From NCBI GenBank assembly GCA_918797485.1, contig CAKKNE010000004.1:4898001-4962000 (forward strand): DNA of 64,000 nucleotides, in the 5' to 3' direction. This DNA is from Pelagomonas calceolata. Lineage: Eukaryota. Under the pieces are notes generated by a model that ran no database searches, had not been told where the DNA came from, and saw only the letters and a list, made by a program, of their open reading frames with translations. Shown in pieces: positions 35,501-47,500 of this stretch (the first letter of the stretch is position 1; the number at the start of each line of letters is the position of its first letter). A program made the translations under genes and the position numbers.

Positions 35501-38500
35501 CTCGATCTCCGCGAGCTTCGTCTTGTACCTGCATTGATACCGTCGCGACACGGCCACAGCTCTCTCAGAGCCACGTCGACGGCGTCGCGGTGGCGGCGCG
35601 TCGCGTGGACGCCATCTTCCCAAAGTTCAACTTGAAAAATTGATGAGCATCGGACGCTGAGTCACCGTACATGACCTGGTAGGCCGCGATGAAGCTGAGG
35701 TACGACTTCGGCGTCTGGTAGACCTGGCGCCGCATCTTCTCGAAGTACTCGAGGCAGACGTCCGTCGTGTGCGCGTGGCACATGCCTGCGTTTGATGGAC
35801 GCCGTCGCGACACGGCCTCTGGACATCCACGCGACGCGGAGGCTCTCGCGTGGCCACGTCGACGGCGTCACGGTGCCGTGAGACGTCTTCACGAAAACTT
35901 CAAGTTGAGAAATTGAAGGAAACTTCAACGCCGCGTCCGCGCCCATCGTCGTCATGACGTTGTTTTTGATGTCGTCGTCGCAGGCCATCTCGAACTTGCC
36001 CAGGAAGCCCTTCGAGACGGCGACGAGCGCCTCTTCGGGCCACGGCAGGAACCAGTCGATCGTCGGCGCGGACACGAGGCCCGGGAACCGTCTCGCCCTC
36101 TCGGGGAATTTCGGGTTCAAGGGCGACATGCAGAGCATGAGGTGCAAGTTGTCCCTTGTTACATCAGTTAAATACGCCTTGAGGTTGTCCTGCGTCTCTT
36201 CGACGCCCGGCCGATTTTTGATGAAGGACGGCCGCAATTCCGCCTGTGTTGATACAAACAATCACGAAACTCGTCGAGAAGCGAGGCACGTCTCCATGAA
36301 GATGGCGTGGAGCGCGTGACGACGCTCTCGGACGCCATCGACGCGACCACGTCAAGTTCAAGTTCATTTTCTGCTCTGAGTCACTGACCGTCATGGCCAT
36401 GATCTCGTCCTTCGCAAACAAGCCGGGCACCTCGCCCGTCATGAGCACACTATTCAACGTCTCGAGGAACGACTCGGCCTTGATCTCCGACTCGGTGAAG
36501 AGGAACGTGGTCCCTTTGCCGGCGCCGGCGTTTCTGTATAGAGTGCGGATGTCCTCCAGCAGCGAGGCCTGGTTGTACGTCTTCGTGAGCGTGATCTGGA
36601 AGCACATGAATCGACTGATGTAACTGGAGAGTCGTGTTAACGACTGTTTACCACTACCACCCACACCTACAAGAAGTCCAGAGCCGCGCGGCATCTCCAT
36701 CAATCTGTTGATCTTCAGCATGTGCTTCAACGCGTCGTCGAAGAGCACCAGGTCCATTTTTTTGGACGGGTTTTCCTCGTTGTACTTGTCGAGGAACATG
36801 TCGACCCTAGATTTGATCTCTTTCAGGGTTCCTCCCGGCTCATACACTTTAGGAGCCTCCTCCTGCATGACGCCGTCCTCGTCGTAGATGTCGTCTCTCA
36901 AAAAGTTGACCATCAGTAGTTCACTGTCAGAAGGAATACCGGCCACGACGGCCTCGTCAAACACTTCCGTGATGGTCTCTTGGATCGCGCCCGTGCAGAC
37001 GTCCTTGTCTTTATAGTTCGTGAGCTTGTCGTTGAAGACGCGCTCGCACCTGCGCGGAACGACCTCGTCTGATGGCCACGAGACACTTCAAAACGCCGCG
37101 AGCGCACTCGTGCTTCCAGACGTTGACGAGCGTCGAGGGTGGTGCGACGGTGTACGTGCCCTCCTGGCCGCGCGTGCCGCCCGTGTTGATCGAGTCGTGC
37201 GGGACAGCTAAAACGCCCTGGAAGACGCGCGACAGGTCGCGCATGTTGAAGACGTAGTGGAACCTGCGCGGCGCGTCGCGGTTCGTATCTCGGCGTGCGA
37301 CGGTCGACGCGCGTCGTGTCCACCTCATGATGAAGTGGGTGCATTCGGACGCGACGCGGTCCGAACGGCCTCTTCAGCAAAAAAGAAACGACCCACAACA
37401 TGATACGGGACGCCGCAACGGACTTCGCCGGCGTCGGCAGCATCTTGTTCTGCATGAAGGTCCACAACTTGATCGTGGCCTTCGTTAGCGCGTTCACCAC
37501 TAGCTTGAGATCCGTCTCCGTCTGGCGCGCGGGAAAGCGCCCGGCGAGCATCTGGCCGTAGATGTCGTTGATGCTGTTGATGGACGGCGGCGTCAGGTTG
37601 ATCGTGTAGAACTGCCGCTTCAAGCGATTCGGAATGTCATTCCTCCCCCCACCGGGGTGGCCCATGGCCCCGATGTAGTAGACGTCCTCGCAGGTCTTGA
37701 AGTCGCCCCTCTTATCCTTGTCGAGGAAGCAAAAACCCGAATATTCGACCAATTGGCGCATCAATTCGAGCGTCGGCTGGTCCGTCCACTTGTTGACCTG
37801 TGTGTGATACGTGTCGAGGCGCCTCCACGCCATCGACGCGCGTCGTCTCTAGGAATGATGGAAGTGGGTAGTTTCTTTGTCGAATTTGAGTGCATTCGGA
37901 CCGCGTCGAGTATATCGAGTCGCGATCTCGCTCAATATCGAAAAAGAGACCACTCACGGCCTCGTCTGATGGACACGAGTCTGATGAACTACATGACGGG
38001 ACGCCGCGAGCGCACCTCCGGCATCGACATGTCGTCGATGAAAAACGTCATCTTGTTGCCGTTCGGCGGGCCGAAGTTCTTGCCGCCCCTTTTGTCGAGC
38101 TCGGCCTCGACGGCGTTCTGCGCGCCGAACCTGCGCGGCGCATGTCCGTCAAAGCGGTCCGAATTCACTCATGGCCACGCGTCGAAGGCACCACTTCAAA
38201 ACGCCGAGGTCGCACATCGTCGTCGCGAACGAGTAGTTGACCGTCCTCGTGAGCATGTCCAGCGACTGCAGGAACATCCTTACCGTTGCTGTTTTTGCGG
38301 TACCGGCAGAACCAATAAGTAGAGCGGCCTTCTTCTGCTTGTGGGCCTGTTTAATTAAGTACTGCGTCCGCTCCGCGTCGACCGTCGGCACCAAGATACT
38401 CGCAAAGTCCAGCGTGTCGCCGTCGGGGTACTTCCAGACCGGCGCGCTCCACTCGACCCAGTCGCAGCTCTCGTGGTCGAGCTTAAACTCGAAAACATTT

Positions 38501-41500
38501 CCAGAGGGCATGTGCGTCTTGTCTACTGAAGACATCCACTCGTTGAGCTTGTCGCGGTCGTCGGCCTCGAGTAACGCGCCAAAGGACCACGTGAAGGCCA
38601 GGATGAAAATCTTCTCCAAGTTGACGGCGAGGTCTCCCTGATCAATTTTGATGGCCGTTTGCACCGGTGCCCCGGCTTCTAACGTAAAGCCGTCAATTAA
38701 GGTCAGCATGGCCTGGAGAATCGCCATCCGACCCGTCGCGAGCTTCGGGGACGTCTGCCTTTGTAAAAAGGAAAAGGCCGGGCCCGGCTCGATGGGGTCT
38801 GTGTGGAACGACACCGTCGCGAAACTGCCGGCAGTCACGGTGGCGGAACGTCGCATTGGCGCCGTCTTCCCAAAGTTCAAGTTGAGAAATTCGAAGAAAA
38901 TGACGCCGAGTCACTGACCGCACTTGCCGAGCCACTTCTCCTTGAGTTGTGTAAGAATGTCGCGTTGATCCTCCGGCCTCGTCTGCACCCACGCCGTGAA
39001 CAGCGCCTCCCAGTCCAATTCCACTTCAGACAAGTAAATGATGCCCGCGCGAGAGACCGTCGCCGGCGACGCGTTTTTGAGCGTCTCGACCTCGAACATC
39101 ATCTTGACCTGCGCGTGGCGGCGGTTTCGCGCGTTGCGAGGGGTTCGCGGCGCTCTCACTTCCTCAATACGACGCGTCTCCATCGCAGGAGGCCAGGCGT
39201 GGTCTCAGTTTCGATTCTGGGGCCGTTCTCTGGCGTCGCGTCGACGGCGTGAAGGCACCGCAGGACGCCGCGTGTCACGTTGTCCGTCATGGGCATGCGG
39301 TCGCCGTTCGCCAGCGTGAGGATTTTATTGTCGTCCAAGACCGTGTTCAGGTCCTCGATCCAGATCGCGTCGACGGGCCCGTCGGCCGTGATCCACGTGT
39401 TGTAGGGGTTGTCGCGGTTGCAGGCCTTGGCCCACATGGCCGCGAAGACGCCCGTCGTCCACTCCTGGCTGACGGGGTCGACCTCGCCGTACATCTGCTG
39501 CGCGCGGATCGCCTTCGGGTTGAATCGACACGCTCGGTGCTGCAGGTCCATGATCTTGTGTAATACTCTCCTCAACAAGTAGAAAATGGTCGACTTGCCG
39601 CCTCCGGTGGGCCCGACGAGCATGATGCCGTGGCGGACCTGTGTGTGACATGTGTCGAGTCGCGACCTCGCCCGAAACCACTCTCATGGACGTGAGATGG
39701 ACACCAGTCGCGTCGATTGCGTATGAGCCCGACGCCATCGCCGCGACCCGTGAAGATTGCTCTCTGCCTCTCTCGGGAGTCCGAGGCGACCGCGTGGTCC
39801 GAAACGCCTCAAAATCGAAAATGAGACCAGCCACGGCCTCCTCTCCTGGAGACGACGCGTTTGAATGAAGTGAAGGCGCCTCTACACTTCAAAACGCGGA
39901 GACCGCACCTTCGTCGTCTCGTAGAGCTGGATGACCTTGCCGACCCAGCCGCCGCGCGTGCCCTCGGACCCCTCGGGCCCCTCATAAAAGATCTTGCCGT
40001 CCTTCTCGCATTCCTCCATCAACGCTTGTTCCATGTCGGGGTATTCGGCCTTCGGCGGGGCGCTCATGGAAGGGAACAAGTCGGCCAAGATCGATAGGAA
40101 CAGGGGCACGTCCTGGGCCACGAGCTTCGACAGGTTCATGTCCCGCAGCGTCTGGTACACTAAGTAAGATTCGGGCTTGTCCATGTTGTTTCTCTTGGAG
40201 GCGCCCATCGTCCGCAAAACACTGAGGATGTTCCGCAGGCCCCAGTCGTAGTGCTTTTGATTTGATAACTGTAATTTACACGTGTCATAAAGGACAAAAA
40301 ATTTGAAGGACAGCATCTCGTACTGCGAGTAGCCTGCGCGGGATCATACTCGCGTTGACGCCATCTTCCCAAAGTTGAAGTTGACGCCGAGTCAGCACCG
40401 ACACTACACAATTTCACCTTCTTGATAATTTGAAAATTCGGCACCATCATCATGACGCCGCGGAAGAGGGCCTTGAGGTTCTCGGGCAGCGCTTGGCGGC
40501 CCGCGTAGCCCGGGTTCATCGTGATGAAGTAGCCGACGGCCTTGTTGAGGCGCACCTGTGCGTGGCGGCGGTGTCGCGCGTTGCCGCGGTGTTCGGGCGC
40601 TCTCGCTTCATTGATACGACTCGTGGCCATCAGAGGAGCCGGAGTCACGACGTCGGTCCGAAGGCGCCTCCACACGACGGGACGCCGGCGCGCACGTCCT
40701 GCGGGTCGCCGGGGAACTGGAAGAAGGCCTTGTCCGCCTTCTTGGCGTTCTGGATGCTCAAAACTTGTTGCGCCACCACTGACAAAACGGGTAAGCGAAT
40801 CCGGTTGAACTCGTCGAAGCAGCCCCAGATGCCGCTCTGACACAAGCCTTTAAAGATCTTGGCGCAGTCCTTGTAGGACATCTGGTCGCCGCAGTTCGTG
40901 ACGACCACGAAGATGCCTAAAGATGCGCCCAGATCCTTCGTCGTTTCCGTCTTGCCCGTGCCGGCCGGCCCGGCCGGCGCGCCGCCAAACGACATGCCCA
41001 GGGCCTGGGCCAACGTGATGTAGCACCGATCCGTGAGCGGCGTCACAACTAGTCGCTCCTTCGACCCTAGATACTCGTAGGAGTAGGCGAAGTCCTGCGC
41101 GGGGCGTCGTATTCACTGGAAGCGGTCCGAATGGCCTCAAAATCTCTCAAAAAACTACCCCCGGCATCGTGCGATGGCCACGAGTCACATCAACAAAGTG
41201 AAGGCACCTCCACACGACGGGACGCCGCGAGCGCACGAAGTTCGTGATCGCGATGACGACGCTCCCGTCCGGCGAACAATCATCCGAAGCTTGGGGCCGC
41301 CAGTAGAATCTAGCTTGTTTGGTCCACTCGAAGTCGTTCGCGTCGTGGATGAGCTTCTTCTTGTAGAGCTGGAACATCTCCGTCGTGACCTGTGTGGCAC
41401 GGACACCGTCACGAAACTGCCGCGGGAGGCGCGTAGACGCTCGTGCGGCCACGTCGACGGCGTCATGTTGACGCCATCTTCACAAAGTTCAAGTTGAGAA

Positions 41501-44500
41501 ATTGAAGGAAACCACGCTGAGTCAGACGTCCTTTTGGTGCACGTGGATCGTAACTAAAGTTTCGATCTTCTTGCGGTTGACCTTCGTGCCCAGGTCCTGC
41601 AGGCACCACGACGACAGCTCCAGCAACAAGTTATTTTGGCGCGCGTTACACTCCTTCATGCCCGACTTCTTTCTTTTGCACTCCTCGAGCGCCGTCTGCG
41701 TGTCGGCCGTCCACATGAACTGGATGCCCAACAGAGCGATTTGCGCTTTGCTGTCGTCGACGAAGCGTCTTAACCCAGGAATGTCGACGCCCGTGGCCGC
41801 GCAGTACTCGCCCGCGGTCGCGCATAAACTTTTTACTGTTAACTGCATGTAATGTAATAAGGTCGTGAGCCAGTCCTCGATGTTGCCCGACGCCGGCACG
41901 GGCTTGATGAAGGGGAACTCCTCGTGGCCGACGCCGCCGGAGCCGTGGATCGTGCGGATGATGGCCTGCGCGGAGCATCGCGGTTCGGTCCGAATTCACT
42001 CAAAATCACAAAATAAACCACCCACGTCATCGTGCGATGGACACGAGTCGTATCAGTGAAGTGAAGGCGCCTCTACACGACGGGACGCCGCGAGCAGACC
42101 TTGTCCTTTTTGTCGTGGTCGACCTTCTCCAAGGCGTCGAAGACGGTCTCGTAGTGGGCGTTCATCGTCGTCGGGTCGCTGCCCTGCGACAGGATCTGGA
42201 GCAGCTTCGAGTTGGAGCAGAAGTAGAACCGCGGGAACTTGCTCCGTTTTTGCTCGAGGTAGCCCTCGAGGGCCTTGGAGCACTTTTCTAGTTCGCCGTA
42301 CATCTCGGGCAGCTTCGCCTTGAGCATCTCGTTCTGGCAGCAGGGGACGACGAGCGACGTCGACTGCGACACTTGCCTGCGCGGAGCATCACGATTGGCC
42401 TCAAATCCGAAAAAGAGACCACCCACACCATGCTACGAGTCCCAGCGACAACGTGAAGGCACCGTAGAAGACGCCGAGTCCGCGCATGATCTTCGTCCAG
42501 TCCTTGTCCACTTTACTAAATTTTTTGGCCTCCATCGGGAGCCTGTGTGGACATCAAAGTTCAACTTGGGCTTCAAGTCGGGGTCTCTCTCCCTTGAAGT
42601 GAGGTGCTGCTCGCTCCAGTCGGTCGAGTGTGTCTCTCGGAGATCGTGTCCGAGTTTGGGCCTCTCCGAGGACCGCGGCGCCGAGATCGCGAGACGCGAA
42701 TAATTTCCACACAGTGGCAGGCTGCTTGGCGATGTCGCCGCCCGTGAAGACCGATTCGAGGGAGCACCACATGAGCTGGACCTTGACCCACTGCTCGAGC
42801 GTGTCCGCGGCGTCGTTCAAATTAGCTAACAGCTCCGCGGCCTCCTCGCGGAACGGCGCGACGTGGCGCATGGTGAGGAAGGTCTGCATCTGCATGATGC
42901 TTTCTTCCAGTTCTTCGGTCAGGATGCCCGTGCCTTGTAAAGTAGGTATAGGTCTAGATTTCCAGTCCTGCGTGGGAACGACGCCGTCACGTCTCACGAG
43001 GCGCGTGGGCGCCCTGGTGATCATGAAGACCACGTCAAGTTCAAGTTCAATGAAGACGCTGAGTCAGTACCTTGAACGTGAACTCGCGGACCTCCCAGAT
43101 GCCGTTAATTTCCTTTATATCTTGTTCTATTTTTAATTGTTTATCGGCGCCGTCCGTGATCTCCAGCACCTCATCCGCCACGTTCTCCAATTTGAGGGAA
43201 ATGATGAATTCTAATGTAAAATCCGCGCTCTCCTGGTCGAAGTCGTTCTTGACCAAAGCTCGGAGCTCGTCCCAGTGCCGCACCATCACGCTGGGTTTGG
43301 CGAGTTCCTGGAGCAAGGGCAGCACGATCTGGAAGTCCTCGATGCGCTTATTTAAATTTTTATACGCGTCAAAAGCTCTAAGTCGACCGGGCATCTTCTT
43401 GCACCGCAAGGCAAAGTTGTCCATCGCCGCCGTCATGTCCTCCATGCCCGCGACGATGGCGGCAAATTGCAGCAGGTTCCACTCGTTCATGTTCTCCTTG
43501 ACGTCCGTGTAGAGCGAAAACCTGTGCGTGATATATCGCGTCCCGTCGTGGGGAGGCGCCTCCACGCCATCGAGGCGACTCGTGTCCATCTCACAGTGAA
43601 GTGGGTGGTCTCTTTTTCGATTTTGAGGCCGTTCGGACCGCGTCGATATATCGAGTCGCGACCTCGTCTTCCAGAGACTCAAATTCGACAAAGAGACCAC
43701 TCACGGCATCGTGAGATCGTATCAATGAAGTGAAGGCGCCTCTACACGTCAAAACGCCGAGATCAGACAGCTGGTCGAACAGCTTTATGTCCTTTTCCGT
43801 CTGCGCGAGCTCCGGGTATTCGCTAAATGGCAAAGCGAAGAGCTCCTCGCCGTTGTGGGCCATCTCGTACTTGCGCACGCACTGGGCCAGGTGGTCCTTG
43901 GCGAAGCGCAACCGATCGAGCGCCACCTCCGGGTCGACGCCCGGGACGCCCGGCCCCGCGTTGATCCAGTTGTCCCTGAGTTTGTCGACCTCCTTCCTTA
44001 GGACATTCTTGCTGACTTTCAGGTTCTTCTTCTGGACGTGCTGCTTGTTGCTCATCTCCTCGGCCCTGTGTGGGATCATGCAATCACGAAACTGCCGCGG
44101 CTCGCTCACGAGACCCGTAGACTCTCTCACGGCCCCGTCGAGGGCGTCGCGGCGGTGCGGCATCGCGTCGACGCCATTTTCACAAAGTTGAAGTTCGGAA
44201 AAGGCTGGAAACAGACGCTGAGTCAGCACCTTACGGAAGCGGTCGCGACCATCTTCCGCCAGCCGCTCTCGAGCACCGTCCGCTTGTCGACTTCCGACTT
44301 GTCCATGAAGCCGGACGGTAAATTGCGCTCGAGCATGGCGTACATCTCCTCGATGGGCCGCATCTCCATGCTGATGCCTGCGTGTGACACGTATCGAGTC
44401 AAATTCGACGAAGAAAGCACCCACGTCATCGTGAGGAAGTGAAGGCACCGCCACACGTCAAGACGCCGCGAGCGGACCCGACTCGCGCTCGCGGATCGTC

Positions 44501-47500
44501 TTGAAGAGCGCCATCATGACCCCCAAGGCGTCGAGGTCGTCGTCGGCGACGACCTTCTCGAGCTTCACGGACGTCGCCCTTATGTACTCGGACAGGTCGT
44601 CGAGCTTCTCGCGCGCCTCCTTGTGCCTGCGAGGAACGACGCTCTCCGAGCCCCATCGAAGTTGAAGTTCAACACTGAGTCACGCAGGTTGTTGCAGTAC
44701 GTCTTCTGCCAGACCTCGACGTCCGCTTTCAATTGCCCTTTGAGTTGGGTGGTATTGAGAGATAACGCCCCGATGTTGTGGCACGTCGCGATCTGCCCGA
44801 TGTCGTCGTCGGTGCCCTGGAAACTCTTGAGTTGGGAAGCGTAGTCCTCGAGCGACGGATTTGTAGAGAGAAACTCCTTGTAGGCCTCCTGCTTGTCCTT
44901 CTGCCAGAGCCAGTCGAACTGGCCAAAACTATGTAAGTAATCTGCTACCGTGTTCCGAATGCCTTGCAAACTACCGGTGAGTAGCAATGCCACGCGCACG
45001 ATTTCGATGTCCTTCGTTATTCTCTCAAAGAAGCTGGGGGCGTCCGCGGTTCTATATTTCTCCAAAGCGACAATCCTCCAATCTTTCACGCGCTTGAAAC
45101 ACCCTAAAACGGCTTGCGCCGACCGGTTGATGCAATTTTGCACATCATCAAGAGACGGCGACAAGACGCATTCCTCTGAACCGAGACGAACCCCGATCTC
45201 GAAGAAGGGTCTCGCCGTGTAGAGAAAACCAGAAGCGACCCGACAGGCGATCCTCTTCTTCAGCGCGTTCAGCGAGTTCTTCGCGCTATGCAATAACGCC
45301 TGGTACATGAAGTGGTTGTAGTGCTTCTTGAGCTTGGCGACCTCGTCCGGTTCTACATGCGAACCGGGCTGCTCGAAGCGGTAGGCCATGATGACCTGCG
45401 CGGAGCATCGCGGTGATGTGGCGTCGCGTCGACGGCGTCCCGAGGACCACGGAGACTCTCGTGGGATCACGACGACGGTCTCATGAAGGCGCTGTCTCGT
45501 GAAGACGCCATCGACGCGTGACACGCCGCGACGGCCCCGACGCGGTCCGAAACAGCTCAAACTCGAAAAAGAAACGACCCCCGGCATCGTGCGATGGCCA
45601 TGAGTCGCGTCGATGGCGTAAGAAGGCAAAAGGACGCCGAGATCGGACCTGGACCAAATCGTCGACGGCCGCCTCGATCTCGAGGTTCTTTCCTGTTAAA
45701 ACATCCACTTCCACCTCGATGTGGTCGTGCTGGTTGTGCACAAAGTCGTCGACCGTGAACGACTGGTCGTCGGGCAGGTCCACCAACCGCGTGCGCGAGA
45801 CGACCTTCAAATTGTTCTCGATGCGGTGCTCGATCACATCATTGATGCCCGTCACGAGCTGCTCCAGGCGCTTCAAACCGTGGTGCACGTGCGCTTTGTA
45901 GCTATCAATGTTCATCGACGTCCAGGTCAGCGTCACCATGCCCGGCCGGAGCTCGGCCTCCATGTCGTTGAAGTGCGGCCGCAGGACCATGGCCGTGACC
46001 GGAATCACCATGCTCACGACGCGATCATATTCATTTAAAGCCCAGTGCAGGTCGTTGTAGTAGGACTTCAATTTGTCCTCTTGAAATAGAATTATTTTGG
46101 CCGACTCGGGCACCTCGACGCCCATGCGATCCAGGCACTTCGCCTCCCTCACCAACTGCAACAGCTCCAAATCAAAGTTCACGTACAATTTTTGATCTTC
46201 CGGATGTCTTATGATCAGAGTAGCTTGTAAACCCGATTTGGCTTGATCTATACTAGAAACCCAGGCCTGGTGCCAGAGGTACTCGAAGGCGACCAGCGTA
46301 CGAGCCAATTTGTTGTACATCTTGATGATGCGCCGCGCCCCCGGTCCATCCAAGACATTTTGATTTAATTCAAATTGCCGCATCGGGCCCTCGATCCTTT
46401 TTAACAGGTGTCGGCTCCACGTGATGTTCCCGGCCACCGGGGGTAGATTGCGGGGAATGGGCGGGTCGTGCTTCTGCTTCTCGTAGAGCTGTTGCACCTG
46501 CTCGAGCTCGATGCCTGTGCGGAGCATTTCCGTCAAAGTCCGAACGGCCCCAAAGTCGAAAAAGAAACGACCCCCGGCATCGTGAGATGGACACGAGTCC
46601 ATCCAAGGATGTGAAGGCACCGCAACGCCTCAAAACGCGGAGATACGCACCATAGTTCTGGAAAATGACGTTGAGCTTGCTGTCGAGGTCCGACTTCAGC
46701 GTTTCTCTTTGCAGTATTGCTTGGAACGTCGCCAGCAGCCCCAGACTGTTTTCGATGGACGTGATGTTCTCGAAGGACTGGTTGATGAAGTGCTGGAGGG
46801 CGCCTTCGAGGTCCGAGATCTTGACCTGCGCGGCGCATCGCGGTCGCTCGACTCGGTCCGTAGACTCTCGTGCGGTCGCGTCGGCGGCGTCGCGGTGGCG
46901 TGACGTCGCGCTGACGCCATCGCGGCGGCGCTGTCGCGTGAAGACGCCATCGACGCGACCGCCGTCTCTCTGACACGCCGCGGTCGCTCGACACGGTCCG
47001 AACGGCCCCAAACTCGAAAAAGAGACCACCCACGTCCATCATTCCTGGAGACGATTCGTATTGAAGTGAAGGCACCGACGCGGGACGCCGGGATCTTCAC
47101 ATTAAATTCGACGTAGTCCCTATCAAATTTGTTGTTGTGGTAGTCCAGCAGATCGTGGCCCTTGCCCCGGAACTCCTTCACGATCCGGTGGAAGCGCGCG
47201 ATGAGCTGCTCCATGCCCTCCAATTTATTGACACTGAGCGACTTGAACTGATCAATGGTCGAAAACATGTCTATCAATTTAATGACGCGCCGGCAGAACA
47301 AGTCGAACTTCCCGAAGATGTGCATCTCGTTGAAGTCGAACTGCTTGCCCTTGGGCATCTGCTGGAGCTTCTTTTTCGTGAGTCGGTACTGGTCCTGGTA
47401 CGCCTCCGAGAGTTTTAAACAGGCTTCTAAGCGCCGCACGAGGTCTTGTTCATTGGACTCCCAGAGCGTTTCTGCACGACTAGCGTCGGAGTGGCAGACT

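Noticed and set aside
29516..47100. Dynein as a transposon-disrupted pseudogene
   Set aside because: All 35 insertions have splice ends, and the exons sum to an intact 4,620-codon frame with all four P-loops.
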